NCBI GenBank assembly: GCA_947382625.1
Contig: CANDAG010000018.1
Location: 4,881 to 68,880, forward strand
Reading direction: 5' to 3'
Origin: an uncultured Lachnospiraceae bacterium
GTDB taxonomy: Bacteria > Bacillota > Clostridia > Lachnospirales > Lachnospiraceae
DNA: 64,000 nt
The notes under the pieces are model-generated. The model saw only the letters and a program-made list of their open reading frames with translations. It did not search any database and was not told where the DNA came from. The first letter of the stretch is position 1, and every line of letters begins with the position of its first letter. Both the position numbers and the translations under genes were made by a program. Below, piece by piece: positions 1-9,493 of the stretch.

Positions 1-2
1 GA

Positions 3-1496
3 AGCCTCCATGGCCCCGATGTTCAGCCGGGAGAAAAGGGGCTGCTGTCCATTCCGATTTCCTGCCTACCGGAAAGCAGGCTGACGCTTTGGTTTGCGGA
101 CGCCTTTGGGAATGTGGTGGAGGAGACAGAGTATGTGTTTGATGAACCCCGGCCCGAACTGTCCATTCCCGCATCCGGGGCGCCTGCTATTGAGAAAGGC
201 AGAGACGGTATCTTGATTCGGGGAGAGCATTTTGTACTGCATTTTTCTATGGAAACCGGACTGATCACAGAGGGGAGGGTGGACGGGATCCCTGTAGTGA
301 CCGGAGGGCCTTATCTTCATCTCACAGGACTCTGTCTGGAACCATGGAAACTGGAAGAGCTTGAGACGAAACGCCTGGAGCATTGCGCTCTGGTGCTGAT
401 CACCGGCAGCTATGGAAGGGTAAAGGTACAGTTCCGGATCAGTATTGACCGGTTGGGGTTGATGGAAACAGCCTACAGTCTGCTGGAAATGCCGTGGCCC
501 AGCCCCCGGAAGCTGGCTATGCGTGTGGGGGACGATACGGACAGCGGAGGCTATGAGGAAGTCGGCGTAGCCTTTTGTGTGCCCGGGGCAATGGATCTGC
601 TTACCTGGAGGCGTAAGGGTCTGTGGAATTTTTATCCCCAGTGGCATATTGGCCGCCTGCAGGGGCAGGCACGAAAGCAGGCCGTCGGACAGAGTCAGTA
701 TGAACGTCCTCAAATAACACACCGGGACGCTGTTTTGGAGAGGGAATGGCAGCAGGAGGAAAAGGATCCGGTATTATTTGGAAAATACGATACAGGACGC
801 CGGGGAACCAGGGATTTTGCCAGTATGAAATCCCATATCCTTAAGGCATCTATGAGCTATGGAGAGGATGGATGCGCCTTTACGGTCCTTTCAGATGGGA
901 AGGATAGTGTTCGCGCCAGATTGCTCCATTGTCCTGAACATATCATTGGAATGGATGATCCCCGGGTAAGCTATCAGGGACAGTGGACCAGGCAGGAGAC
1001 CGGATATGGAAGCCTTTCCGGAGGAGAAATGTGGTCAGATCAGGCTGGTGATACCTGTACCTGCCATTTTAGAGGTACGGGCTGCGCCTGGATTTCCAGC
1101 AGGGATATTCTTGGCGGCATGGCAGAGGTCAGTGTGGACGGAAAGCTAATGGATGATGCCATTTTGCTGGGAGTGAGCCTTCCCATGCCTGGCATTGCCA
1201 GAGGATACGATAAAGAGCCGGGACAGCTTGTCTTTTCTATAGAAGGGCTCAAGGAGGCGGAGCATACCCTTCAGATTACGGTAAAGGGCCGGCGGACGCC
1301 GGGCTCCAGCGGCGCCTATGTGTTTATAGATCATTTCCTTGTATTTGGAAAGGGAGATTACGGGGACACACAGCTTATCATTGACAACGAATTCAATTAC
1401 CCGGAGCTTTCCTGGGGATGCTGGACAAAGGAGCCCGTCAGAGTCTATACGGGCTATACGGGCAGAGTTTATACCAGATTATCCGCAGCCAGATAA
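3..1496 (+). CDS. C-terminal part of a large glycoside hydrolase, probably GH2 beta-galactosidase-like (5' truncated by window)
   Basis: Frame is open from position 3; beta-galactosidase small-chain-like region followed by a carbohydrate-binding-like module (GDTCTCHFRGTG...AEVSVDGK...HTLQITVKG...IDHF). Confidence 0.6.
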   Translation, partial: SLHGPDVQPGEKGLLSIPISCLPESRLTLWFADAFGNVVEETEYVFDEPRPELSIPASGAPAIEKGRDGILIRGEHFVLHFSMETGLITEGRVDGIPVVTGGPYLHLTGLCLEPWKLEELETKRLEHCALVLITGSYGRVKVQFRISIDRLGLMETAYSLLEMPWPSPRKLAMRVGDDTDSGGYEEVGVAFCVPGAMDLLTWRRKGLWNFYPQWHIGRLQGQARKQAVGQSQYERPQITHRDAVLEREWQQEEKDPVLFGKYDTGRRGTRDFASMKSHILKASMSYGEDGCAFTVLSDGKDSVRARLLHCPEHIIGMDDPRVSYQGQWTRQETGYGSLSGGEMWSDQAGDTCTCHFRGTGCAWISSRDILGGMAEVSVDGKLMDDAILLGVSLPMPGIARGYDKEPGQLVFSIEGLKEAEHTLQITVKGRRTPGSSGAYVFIDHFLVFGKGDYGDTQLIIDNEFNYPELSWGCWTKEPVRVYTGYTGRVYTRLSAAR

Positions 1497-1592
1497 AGCC
1501 GTTGTCCAGGCGGCAGAGCTTATTTTGCAGGATGGAGAGCTTTTCTGTGACCGCAACAGGCAGGTGTATTGGCCGTTATGACAATTTCGGAG

Positions 1593-1626
1593 TAAGGAGT
1601 ATCCGGCACTGGATGCTCCTTAAAAA
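1593..1626 (-). terminator. Intrinsic terminator between convergent genes
   Basis: TAAGGAGTATCCGG-CA-CTGGATGCTCCTTA stem followed by an A-run. Confidence 0.6.
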
Positions 1627-1636
1627 TCCTGTGAGG

Positions 1637-3229
1637 TTATTGGCCTTCACAGATAAATTGTTCAATTTTACATTTATGGGATTTACTTTTTTTATTGTAA
1701 TTAATCCCTACCAATAACAGATTTCCTTTGTAGTCATTTAACGCCTGTACATATTCCTGTTTTTTTATCTGGGCGATCGCACCTTTAGCAGATTGATTCC
1801 ATTTCAGTTCTATCAGTAAGGCCGGTTTACTGCAGTGTTTTCTGGGAAGGAATACCATATCGGCAAATCCTTTACCAGTGGGTAGTTCGCGGATCAGAGT
1901 ATAATCCTTTTTTGAACTGTAATAAGCAAGGGTTATCACGCAGCTGAGAGAATTTTCATTGTTATAAGAAAGGATGGATGTTGAAACCGAATGGACGGCA
2001 TCTATTCCTCTGGCTACGGCTTCAGCATCCATTTTCAATGTTGCATTCAGTAGTTCCTCAGATTTTTTTACAGCTTCGGCTACCTCATTCCAACCACTGC
2101 TTTTCACTGCCCTGAGAAATTCAGAACGTACCTCATCGTTAGGGATACAGACTCTGTGAGTTTCTTCATTGTAAGCCAGATAGCCCAGATGAACCAATAG
2201 GGTCAGTACGTCATCGCGTCCGCTGAAGCTTGTCATATCGTTTTGAAAGGTTCCGGTATCAATTTCGCAGCTTAATCCGCCCAGCATGGCTATAACTGCG
2301 TCTTTAAGGCCGTCAAAGTTCATATCAATATAAAACCGTAACGCCTCATAGGTTTCCGTATTGATCCAATAACTTTGAAATGAATTTTCCAGCATGGCAT
2401 CCACGATAGACTTTGGATTATAAATATGATCAGCCTGCTTAAAGCCGTATCCATCATACCAGCGTTTTGCTTCGTCGAAATCCATATGATATTTTTGACA
2501 TAGATTCCTTACATCAGATTCGGAGAAGCCGATATATTTTGCCAGACCCTTGGGATCCGCCATGGAAAATTCATCAAAAATATTAAGAGCTGAATGTGTG
2601 CCGTATTTTTTGATGGGCAGGATACCGGTCATATAGGCCAGTTTAACATACGTTCTGTCTTTTAAAAGATCGCGAAGGAAATCGAGGTACGCTTTTTGAG
2701 CCGGTTTATCCTCCGGGGCTTCGCGGAATATACAATCCCATTCATCAATAATAAAAATAAACCCCTTTTTCTCCCGGTCATCGTTTGCAAATAAAGCAGC
2801 AAGAGCTGTGGGAAGATGATTGGCTGCAGGAAAGGTGTAAAGCTGCCCATACATAATCTGCAGTTCCCGTAAAAGCTGCTCTTCCATATAAGGAACGAGC
2901 TGCATCGGTCCTCCGGCGCCTCTTAAAAATTGCTGGATATTAATTGAAAACACATCGTACTGATTTAGATTTGTCTCAAACGTCTCATTTTTTGCAATTT
3001 CCAACCCCTGAAACAAAGAAGCAGAATCGGCATCTTTGCTATAGTATGCTGTCAGCATCTCTGCTGTCATGGATTTTCCAAAACGGCGGGGACGGCTGAC
3101 GCAGAGATACCTTTTACGCTTTCCTATTCGATTATTCGTAAAAATAAGTATTCCTGAATGGTCAATATATATGTCATCGTTGACAGAAATCTTAAATGCA
3201 TCATTTCCCGGATTGATGTAGAGACCCAT
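1637..3229 (-). CDS. AAA-ATPase-like protein with C-terminal PD-(D/E)XK nuclease domain
   Basis: RPRRFGKS Walker A, IIDEWD Walker B, GFADMVF...LIELK...QI...Y nuclease motif; AT-rich. Confidence 0.9.
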   Translation of the reverse strand: MGLYINPGNDAFKISVNDDIYIDHSGILIFTNNRIGKRKRYLCVSRPRRFGKSMTAEMLTAYYSKDADSASLFQGLEIAKNETFETNLNQYDVFSINIQQFLRGAGGPMQLVPYMEEQLLRELQIMYGQLYTFPAANHLPTALAALFANDDREKKGFIFIIDEWDCIFREAPEDKPAQKAYLDFLRDLLKDRTYVKLAYMTGILPIKKYGTHSALNIFDEFSMADPKGLAKYIGFSESDVRNLCQKYHMDFDEAKRWYDGYGFKQADHIYNPKSIVDAMLENSFQSYWINTETYEALRFYIDMNFDGLKDAVIAMLGGLSCEIDTGTFQNDMTSFSGRDDVLTLLVHLGYLAYNEETHRVCIPNDEVRSEFLRAVKSSGWNEVAEAVKKSEELLNATLKMDAEAVARGIDAVHSVSTSILSYNNENSLSCVITLAYYSSKKDYTLIRELPTGKGFADMVFLPRKHCSKPALLIELKWNQSAKGAIAQIKKQEYVQALNDYKGNLLLVGINYNKKSKSHKCKIEQFICEGQ

Positions 3230-3255
3230 ATCGGTTAATCCTCCTGCCGTTATTT

Positions 3256-3293
3256 AACATAAGGATGGCTTGCGAAGCGTGCTATCCGTTGTT
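3256..3293 (+). repeat. 38-bp GNA-capped hairpin element, type A
   Basis: AACA TAA GGATGGC T TGC GAA GCG T GCTATCC GT TGTT. Confidence 0.9.
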
Positions 3294-3386
3294 TTCACAT
3301 TGTAGCATGGATCGGAGGTGGTTTCAACTAATGGCATCATTTAACTGTTGTCATCCTGATCCAGTGTAAATCTTTTCCATCACATC

Positions 3387-3414
3387 TAAAAAAAACTGCC
3401 GTTTTGTCCGATAA
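3387..3414 (+). promoter_or_regulatory. Putative sigma-28 (FliA/SigD) promoter
   Basis: TAAA-N16-TCCGATAA upstream of the ORF at 3545. Confidence 0.6.
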
Positions 3415-3544
3415 TATATACGTAGAAAAGGATTTCGAACCGGAAAAAAGAAAAACTGCATAACAGATGTCATGAAAAAGACATTTGTTGTAACAAAAAC
3501 GCAGATAAACGCAATTCCGGTAAACAGACAAACGGAGGTGTAAA

Positions 3545-4273
3545 ATGAATACAGTATCCCAGGCAGAATATGCGGCCCAGGCCAATGGGGCTTACGAGAC
3601 AGCCGCTACGAAGAAGAAGCCGGCAAACTACGGCAGGACCATAGGCAGACCGGAGCTCAGTGAGGAAGGGCAGAAGTATTATGAGGAACTAAAAAAGAAA
3701 TACTCCAACATGGATTTTATCCTTGTAAGCAAGGACATGAAGGAGATGGCCAAGGCACAGGCGGGAAGCTATGCCAATCCCAATAAGCTTGTGGTTTTGA
3801 TCGATGAAGAAAAAATAGAAAAAATGGCCACGGATGAGAATTTCCGCAAGCAGTACGAGGGGATCATCGCAGGCGCCGCCACAAAGCTTCCTCAGATGCA
3901 GAAGGCGGTAGGGAATAATCCTGCAGTGAAGGGCTTTGGCATGCAGGTCAATGACGGAGGAAACGCCTCCTTCTTTGCAGTGGTTGACAAGTCCCTGGCA
4001 ATGCAGAGAGAGCGGATCCAGAAGAACAAAGAAAAAAAGGCCGAGGCCAAAAAGGCTGAAGAGAAGAAGGACGCCAAAGAGGCTGCGAAAGAGCGGCAAA
4101 AGACCGGACGGGGCGAGAAGGCGGAAGCCGAGGAGGACTTAGTCACGGTGAGCGCTTCCTCCATAGAGGAGCTGATCAGAAAGATCAACGACATAACCTA
4201 CGGATCCATGAGCGATTATGCACTGACGGACTTCGAAAAGGCAAGAGGACAGCATATAGACTTCAGATGGTGA
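3545..4273 (+). CDS. DUF6033-like hypothetical protein
   Basis: GGAGG RBS; LSEEGQKYYEELKKKY and VVLIDEEKIEKMATDENFRKQYEGII motifs; C-terminal GQHIDF. Confidence 0.7.
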   Translation: MNTVSQAEYAAQANGAYETAATKKKPANYGRTIGRPELSEEGQKYYEELKKKYSNMDFILVSKDMKEMAKAQAGSYANPNKLVVLIDEEKIEKMATDENFRKQYEGIIAGAATKLPQMQKAVGNNPAVKGFGMQVNDGGNASFFAVVDKSLAMQRERIQKNKEKKAEAKKAEEKKDAKEAAKERQKTGRGEKAEAEEDLVTVSASSIEELIRKINDITYGSMSDYALTDFEKARGQHIDFRW

Positions 4274-4386
4274 GAAAAGAAAACGCCCGGCAGCGGCAGG
4301 TCGGCAAAAGGCCGGTTTTGCATGAGTGAGAATGCGTATTTTCAAAGGATTTGATCTGATGAAAATACGCTTTTTTATCCGTTGTT

Positions 4387-4424
4387 GACATAAGGACAGT
4401 TTGCGAAGCGTGCTGTCCGTTGTT
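4387..4424 (+). repeat. 38-bp hairpin element, type A, with a 9-bp direct repeat at its boundaries
   Basis: GACA TAA GGACAGT T TGC GAA GCG T GCTGTCC GT TGTT; TCCGTTGTT at 4378-4386 and 4416-4424. Confidence 0.9.
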
Positions 4425-4458
4425 TCTACTGAGGCGGGAATAAAAACAGGAGGCTGCA

Positions 4459-4956
4459 ATGGACATCAATAATAACGTGAGAACAGATTATTTGCACACA
4501 CAGACTGCCGGGCGAAGAAGCGCTTTGGCCAAAGGGCCGGAGACGGGAAGCTTTGCCGACCGGATCAAGAATGCCGGGGCAAAGGGGAACGAGGCTGTTT
4601 CGGAAGGAGACAAGAGTTTTCGGGAAGATAATTCTCTGCAGACCACAGAAGAAATGATGCGGTTTATCTGGGAAAGGAAACAGGAGATCCTGACAAAGGT
4701 GCGGAAAGGTGAGACGGAGGTAAAGATCCGTATCGGCGCTCAGGAATTTACCGAGAAGGAGTGGGATAAACTGATAGAGAGCTTTGACGAGGCGGAGGAG
4801 GATATCCGCAAGAAGCTTCGTGAAGCAAGAGAGCAGCAGCGAAAGGCAATGGCAGAGCGGGCAGGCGAGGCCGGCAGCGAGGAGGAAGCAGACGATACTC
4901 TGATCGAAAGGCTTCTTGTTGACAGAGATGAAACAGAAAAAGTGTTTGTCAGTTAA
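4459..4956 (+). CDS. Hypothetical protein
   Basis: AGGAGG RBS, 165 aa charged helical ORF. Confidence 0.7.
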   Translation: MDINNNVRTDYLHTQTAGRRSALAKGPETGSFADRIKNAGAKGNEAVSEGDKSFREDNSLQTTEEMMRFIWERKQEILTKVRKGETEVKIRIGAQEFTEKEWDKLIESFDEAEEDIRKKLREAREQQRKAMAERAGEAGSEEEADDTLIERLLVDRDETEKVFVS

Positions 4957-4981
4957 AAGAAAAGTATCAGGAGGTGACAGA

Positions 4982-7579
4982 ATGCAGATATTTGACTGTA
5001 AGGTGAACCATCTGGTGAATCCGCTGGGCTATCGGATAGAGCAGCCGGTGTTTTCCTGGAAGGTTAAGGAGGCAATAGGGAAGAAACAGAAGGCGGCAAG
5101 GATCCTTGTGTCCCTGAAGGAGGATCTGAGCGAGCCTGTGGCGGACACGGGATGGAAGGAGGAGCTTGACAGCCTTGGAACAAAGCTGGAGCTGCCCCTT
5201 GCTCCATGCACCCGCTATTACTGGACGGTGCAGGTAAGGAGCGATAAGGATGAGGAAGCGGACGGGGGCTGTAACTGGTTTGAGACTGCCAAAGGGACGG
5301 AGCCCTGGGAGGCAGAGTGGATCGGCTGTGACAATGAAGAGAAGAGGCATCCTGTTTTTTCAAAGGAGTTTTCCCTGAAAGGGGAGATAAAGAAGGCAAG
5401 GCTCTATATCTGTGGACTGGGGCTTTATGAGGCCTATATCGGTGGCAGGAAGGTGGGAGATGAGTTCCTTACCCCTTACAGCAACAATTATCATGCGTGG
5501 CTGCAGTATCAGACCTACGATGTGACAGAGCTTCTGAGCCCGGAGGAAATAAAGCTGGAGGTGCTTTTGGGCAACGGCTGGTATAAGGGCAGGTTTGGCT
5601 ATGATGACAGCACCGGAAAGGGTTATTACGGCGATGAATGGAAGCTGATCGCAGAGCTTAAGGTGTCTTATGCAGACGGCAGCAGTGAGGTCTTCGGCAC
5701 GGACGAGAGCTGGCAGGTAGGGCGCAGCAGCATTACGGACTCCAATCTTTATGACGGGGAGCATGTGGATGATACACTTCCAGGGCTTCCTGTAAGAGGA
5801 GCCAGGCTGGTTCAGGCTCCTGGTGCGCCTCTCATTCCGAGACTCAGTACGCCGGTCAGGGTAAGGGAGGAGCTTCCTGCGGTGGAGCTGATCCATACCC
5901 CTGCCGGGGAGCAGGTGCTTGACCTGGGGCAGAATATTGCCGGGAGCTTCCGGTTCAGAGTGAAGGAGCCTGCCGGGACCCGGATCCGTCTGCAGGTAGG
6001 AGAGGTTCTTCAGCAGGGAAACTTTTACCGGGATAATCTGCGCTCGGCAAAAGCAGAGTATACCTACGTTTCCGATGGACAGGAACATGTGCTGACCCCT
6101 CATTTTACCTTCTATGGCTATCGTTATGTGAAGGTGGAAGGAGTATCCTCCCTGAAAAAAGAGGATTTTACGGGACTGGTGCTTTATTCGGAGCTGGAGC
6201 AGACCGGCTTTTTGACTACCGGCAACGAACTGGTAAACCGGCTGATCTTAAATACCCAGTGGGGACAAAAGGGGAACTTCCTGGATGTGCCTACGGACTG
6301 TCCCCAGCGGGATGAGCGTATGGGATGGACGGGAGATGCCCAGGTGTTTTCGGCTACGGCCTGCTATCAGATGGACAGCTATGCATTTTTCAAAAAATAT
6401 TTATATGATATGAGTACGGAGCAGCAGGAGGGAGAGGGCAGGGTGCCGGAGGTGGTACCTTCCTTCGGACACGAAAACACCTCCTGTGCATGGGGAGATG
6501 CAGCCTGTGTCATCCCGTGGAATCTGTATCGTTTTTATGGAGACCGGCAGATACTGGAAGAGCAGTATGAGAGCATGAAGGCGTGGGTCGATTATATGAC
6601 CCGGGTGGACGGTGAGGACAACGGCTGGCGCAGAAGGTTCCATTTCGGGGACTGGCTGGCTCTTGACGGTCCCGGAGGCGTGGACGGCGTTATGGGAGGC
6701 ACTGAGGTGGGCTTTATCGCCAGTACCTATTATCGCTACAGCACTCAGCTTCTGGTCAGGGCGGCAAGGGTTTTGGGGAAGGAAGAGGATGCAGCCCGCT
6801 ATGAGGCTCTGGCAGAGAGGATCCTCCATGAGATCCGGCAGGAGTACTATTCTCCTCTGGGACGGTGCTGTATCGATACCCAGACAGGACTATTGCTTAC
6901 TCTGCGCCACGGGCTTTCGGTGAACCCGGATAAGGCAAAGGAAGCCCTGATCCAAAAGCTTGCGGATAATAACGGAATGCTTAAGACCGGCTTTGTGGGT
7001 ACTCCCCTTTTGTGTGAGGAGCTTACCCGTATCGGCAGAACAGATATGGCCTATGATCTGCTTCTCAACGAAGAATATCCCGGCTGGCTCTATGAGGTGA
7101 AGCTGGGAGCGACCACGATCTGGGAGCGGTGGAACAGTGTGCTGGCAGACGGAAGTATTTCTTCCACAGGGATGAACAGCCTGAACCATTATGCCTACGG
7201 CTCTATTGTGGAGTGGATTTATTCCCGTTGTGCCGGGATCATGCAGGATGAGGAGGTACCGGGCTTTAAGCGTGTGATCTTCTGCCCTCAGGTAAGTCTG
7301 GCGCTTGGGTCTGTGGAGGCCGCCTACAATTCCGCCGCCGGTATATGGCGCAGCAGCTGGAAGGCGTCAGATGAAGAGCATCTGGAGGTGAAGGTATCGG
7401 TTCCCTTCGGATGCAGTGCAGAGCTTTTGCTTCCTCTTGCACCGGAGGGGATTTATGAGGAAAACTCTGATAATCCTGTTTTTGCCAATGTGAAGGACGG
7501 GAGATGCTTTCTGGAGGCCGGGGAGTACTGTGTTTCCTATCAGACAGCCGGTTCCATGAGGGAACAAAAGGAAGCATGA
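4982..7579 (+). CDS. Alpha-L-rhamnosidase (GH78)
   Basis: PTDCPQRDERMGWTGD, GATTIWERW and SLNHYAYG motifs; start moved to MQIFD behind AGGAGG. Confidence 0.93.
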   Translation: MQIFDCKVNHLVNPLGYRIEQPVFSWKVKEAIGKKQKAARILVSLKEDLSEPVADTGWKEELDSLGTKLELPLAPCTRYYWTVQVRSDKDEEADGGCNWFETAKGTEPWEAEWIGCDNEEKRHPVFSKEFSLKGEIKKARLYICGLGLYEAYIGGRKVGDEFLTPYSNNYHAWLQYQTYDVTELLSPEEIKLEVLLGNGWYKGRFGYDDSTGKGYYGDEWKLIAELKVSYADGSSEVFGTDESWQVGRSSITDSNLYDGEHVDDTLPGLPVRGARLVQAPGAPLIPRLSTPVRVREELPAVELIHTPAGEQVLDLGQNIAGSFRFRVKEPAGTRIRLQVGEVLQQGNFYRDNLRSAKAEYTYVSDGQEHVLTPHFTFYGYRYVKVEGVSSLKKEDFTGLVLYSELEQTGFLTTGNELVNRLILNTQWGQKGNFLDVPTDCPQRDERMGWTGDAQVFSATACYQMDSYAFFKKYLYDMSTEQQEGEGRVPEVVPSFGHENTSCAWGDAACVIPWNLYRFYGDRQILEEQYESMKAWVDYMTRVDGEDNGWRRRFHFGDWLALDGPGGVDGVMGGTEVGFIASTYYRYSTQLLVRAARVLGKEEDAARYEALAERILHEIRQEYYSPLGRCCIDTQTGLLLTLRHGLSVNPDKAKEALIQKLADNNGMLKTGFVGTPLLCEELTRIGRTDMAYDLLLNEEYPGWLYEVKLGATTIWERWNSVLADGSISSTGMNSLNHYAYGSIVEWIYSRCAGIMQDEEVPGFKRVIFCPQVSLALGSVEAAYNSAAGIWRSSWKASDEEHLEVKVSVPFGCSAELLLPLAPEGIYEENSDNPVFANVKDGRCFLEAGEYCVSYQTAGSMREQKEA

Positions 7580-7622
7580 CATTTCAATGAAATTACTTTA
7601 TTCATAGATCAAGGAGGATCGT

Positions 7623-8480
7623 GTGATGAATGGTATTATGGGAGTCGGTGGGACCAGTTCAGGTAAGGCCATTTTACGGGACAGGGATGGAAGTGTGGTC
7701 GGGACCAGGACCTACCGGAAATCGGGGTCAGGCAAAAAGAAATCGCTGCGGTACAGCTTCAAGCGGATATCCGCCCAGATCTTAGCTTCAAAAACCCCCG
7801 GCGTTGCAAGGCGCGTGGTTACCAAGGCACGCCACGAGGTGGTAAACCTTTTGAGAAAGAAAAACGGCGGGTATGATGAGGATGAGCTCAGACATGCTAT
7901 CCTCCATGCAGAGAGGATGGTCCGGGTAGCCAAGAAACGGATGCGGCATTTGCAGGAGGAGCAGGACGCTAAGAAAAAGGGCGGCGTCTGCGAGGCGGAA
8001 ATGGCAGAAAAGGCCGAGGAGAACTCCTCCCCGGAGGAAAGGCTTCTGGAGGATTTGGGCGGTGAGGAGATCATAAGCCAGGAAGAAATGAAAAGGCTGA
8101 TGCAGGAGTTTGAGGAGATCATGCGGGAGCTTGAGGAAAGCAGCGGCCTTGACTTAGAGGAGCTTATGCCGGTGGCGTCAGAGGAGATGGATCCGGAGGA
8201 CCTGGAGCTTTTGAAGAAAAAGCATCGCGCCCAGGAAATGCGTGATATCATGGAAGCGGATATGAAATATCTGAAGGCCATGTTTAACAAGCTTGAAAGG
8301 GAAAGACAGGAAAACCTGGACAGTATTAAGTGCGGCGACTTTGGCGGAAGCGGACAGTCAAATGGCCCGTCTAATGGGGTTTCCTTAGAGCTTGGGGGAG
8401 TGGTGGCGGCTCAGAATGCACAGCCCCTTACCCAGATCACTGTCATGACAGAGGGGGGAAGTATTGATATTTCACTGTAA
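7623..8480 (+). CDS. Hypothetical coiled-coil protein
   Basis: AAGGAGG RBS; basic N-terminus, acidic middle, C-terminal GGSIDISL. Confidence 0.7.
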   Translation: MMNGIMGVGGTSSGKAILRDRDGSVVGTRTYRKSGSGKKKSLRYSFKRISAQILASKTPGVARRVVTKARHEVVNLLRKKNGGYDEDELRHAILHAERMVRVAKKRMRHLQEEQDAKKKGGVCEAEMAEKAEENSSPEERLLEDLGGEEIISQEEMKRLMQEFEEIMRELEESSGLDLEELMPVASEEMDPEDLELLKKKHRAQEMRDIMEADMKYLKAMFNKLERERQENLDSIKCGDFGGSGQSNGPSNGVSLELGGVVAAQNAQPLTQITVMTEGGSIDISL

Positions 8481-8490
8481 TGATTATGTT

Positions 8491-8565
8491 GACAGCGGAC
8501 AGCTCGCGAAGCGAGCTGTCCGTTATTGACATAAGGATGGTTATCGGGGCATGGTATCCGTTGTT
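8491..8565 (+). repeat. Tandem pair of type A hairpin elements
   Basis: GACAGC GGACAGC T CGC GAA GCG A GCTGTCC GT TATT followed by GACA TAA GGATGGT ... GGTATCC GT TGTT. Confidence 0.85.
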
Positions 8566-8594
8566 TTGAGAGCTGACCACAGGTCAGCTTTTTG

Positions 8595-9461
8595 TCAGCT
8601 ATGACAGAATTTACACCCCGAGGGCGTAGCGGCGCAGCCGCCCAGTGCAGTTTCCCGAAGCTCGTAGGGGATTCTTTTGCCCACATGGTACATGGTATCC
8701 AGCATTTCGTCGAAGGAAATCATCTGCCGGATGCCGGAGAGGGCAATTTCAGCGGCGGCAAGGGCGTTGGCAACGCCGGCGGCATTCCGGTTCTGGCAGG
8801 GGTATTCCACCAGTCCTCCTACCGGGTCGCATACCAGCCCCAGCATATTGATAAGAACTGTGGAGGCGGCGTCCAGGCTTTGACGGGGAGTTCCGCCCAA
8901 AAGCTCCACGGAGGCAGAAGCGGCCATGGCAGCAGCCACGCCAACCTCTGCCTGACAGCCGCCAACTGCGCCTGCCACAGTAGCGTTTCGCATAGCCAGA
9001 TAACCGATAGCGCCGGCATGAAAGAGTCCGTCGATAAGCTGCCCGTCCGAAAAGGAGTAAGCCTCGCCGAGAGAGAGTAATAACCCGGGGACGATGCCGG
9101 AGGAGCCGGCAGTGGGAGCCGCTACGATAACGCCCATGGAGGAATTGACCTCCAGAACCGCCATGGCGTAGGTAATGGCCCGGCTTAAAATACTTCCGCA
9201 GACGGCCTGCCCGCTTTCGAGGTGGGCATTGAGCATTTGGGCCTGTCCGCCGATCAGGCCGCCCATGGAGCGGATGGGAGTCTGCAGAGGGGTAAAGGCC
9301 GCCTGGCGCATGATCTCTAAGGCTTTGGCCATTCTGTCATGAACCTGGGGCATGGGGACTTCAGAAAGATCGCATTCCCGCCGTTTCATGATCTCTGAAA
9401 TGGGTTGGTTCCTGCTCTGGCACAGCGTTAACAATTCTTCAGCGTTTTTGAAATCAGTCAT
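8595..9461 (-). CDS. sdaAA: L-serine dehydratase, Fe-S type, alpha subunit
   Basis: AAPTAGSSG, GGCQAEVG, LGLVCDPVGGLVEYPC and LRETALGG motifs. Confidence 0.95.
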   Translation of the reverse strand: MTDFKNAEELLTLCQSRNQPISEIMKRRECDLSEVPMPQVHDRMAKALEIMRQAAFTPLQTPIRSMGGLIGGQAQMLNAHLESGQAVCGSILSRAITYAMAVLEVNSSMGVIVAAPTAGSSGIVPGLLLSLGEAYSFSDGQLIDGLFHAGAIGYLAMRNATVAGAVGGCQAEVGVAAAMAASASVELLGGTPRQSLDAASTVLINMLGLVCDPVGGLVEYPCQNRNAAGVANALAAAEIALSGIRQMISFDEMLDTMYHVGKRIPYELRETALGGCAATPSGCKFCHS

Positions 9462-9493
9462 GGTGGTTTTATTTTTGTCCTTTCATTCTAAAA

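Noticed and set aside
1497-1530. Possible decayed B copy on the minus strand (AAATAAGCT...GACAACG)
   Set aside because: Cap and stem are absent and the length is wrong; not distinguishable from chance.
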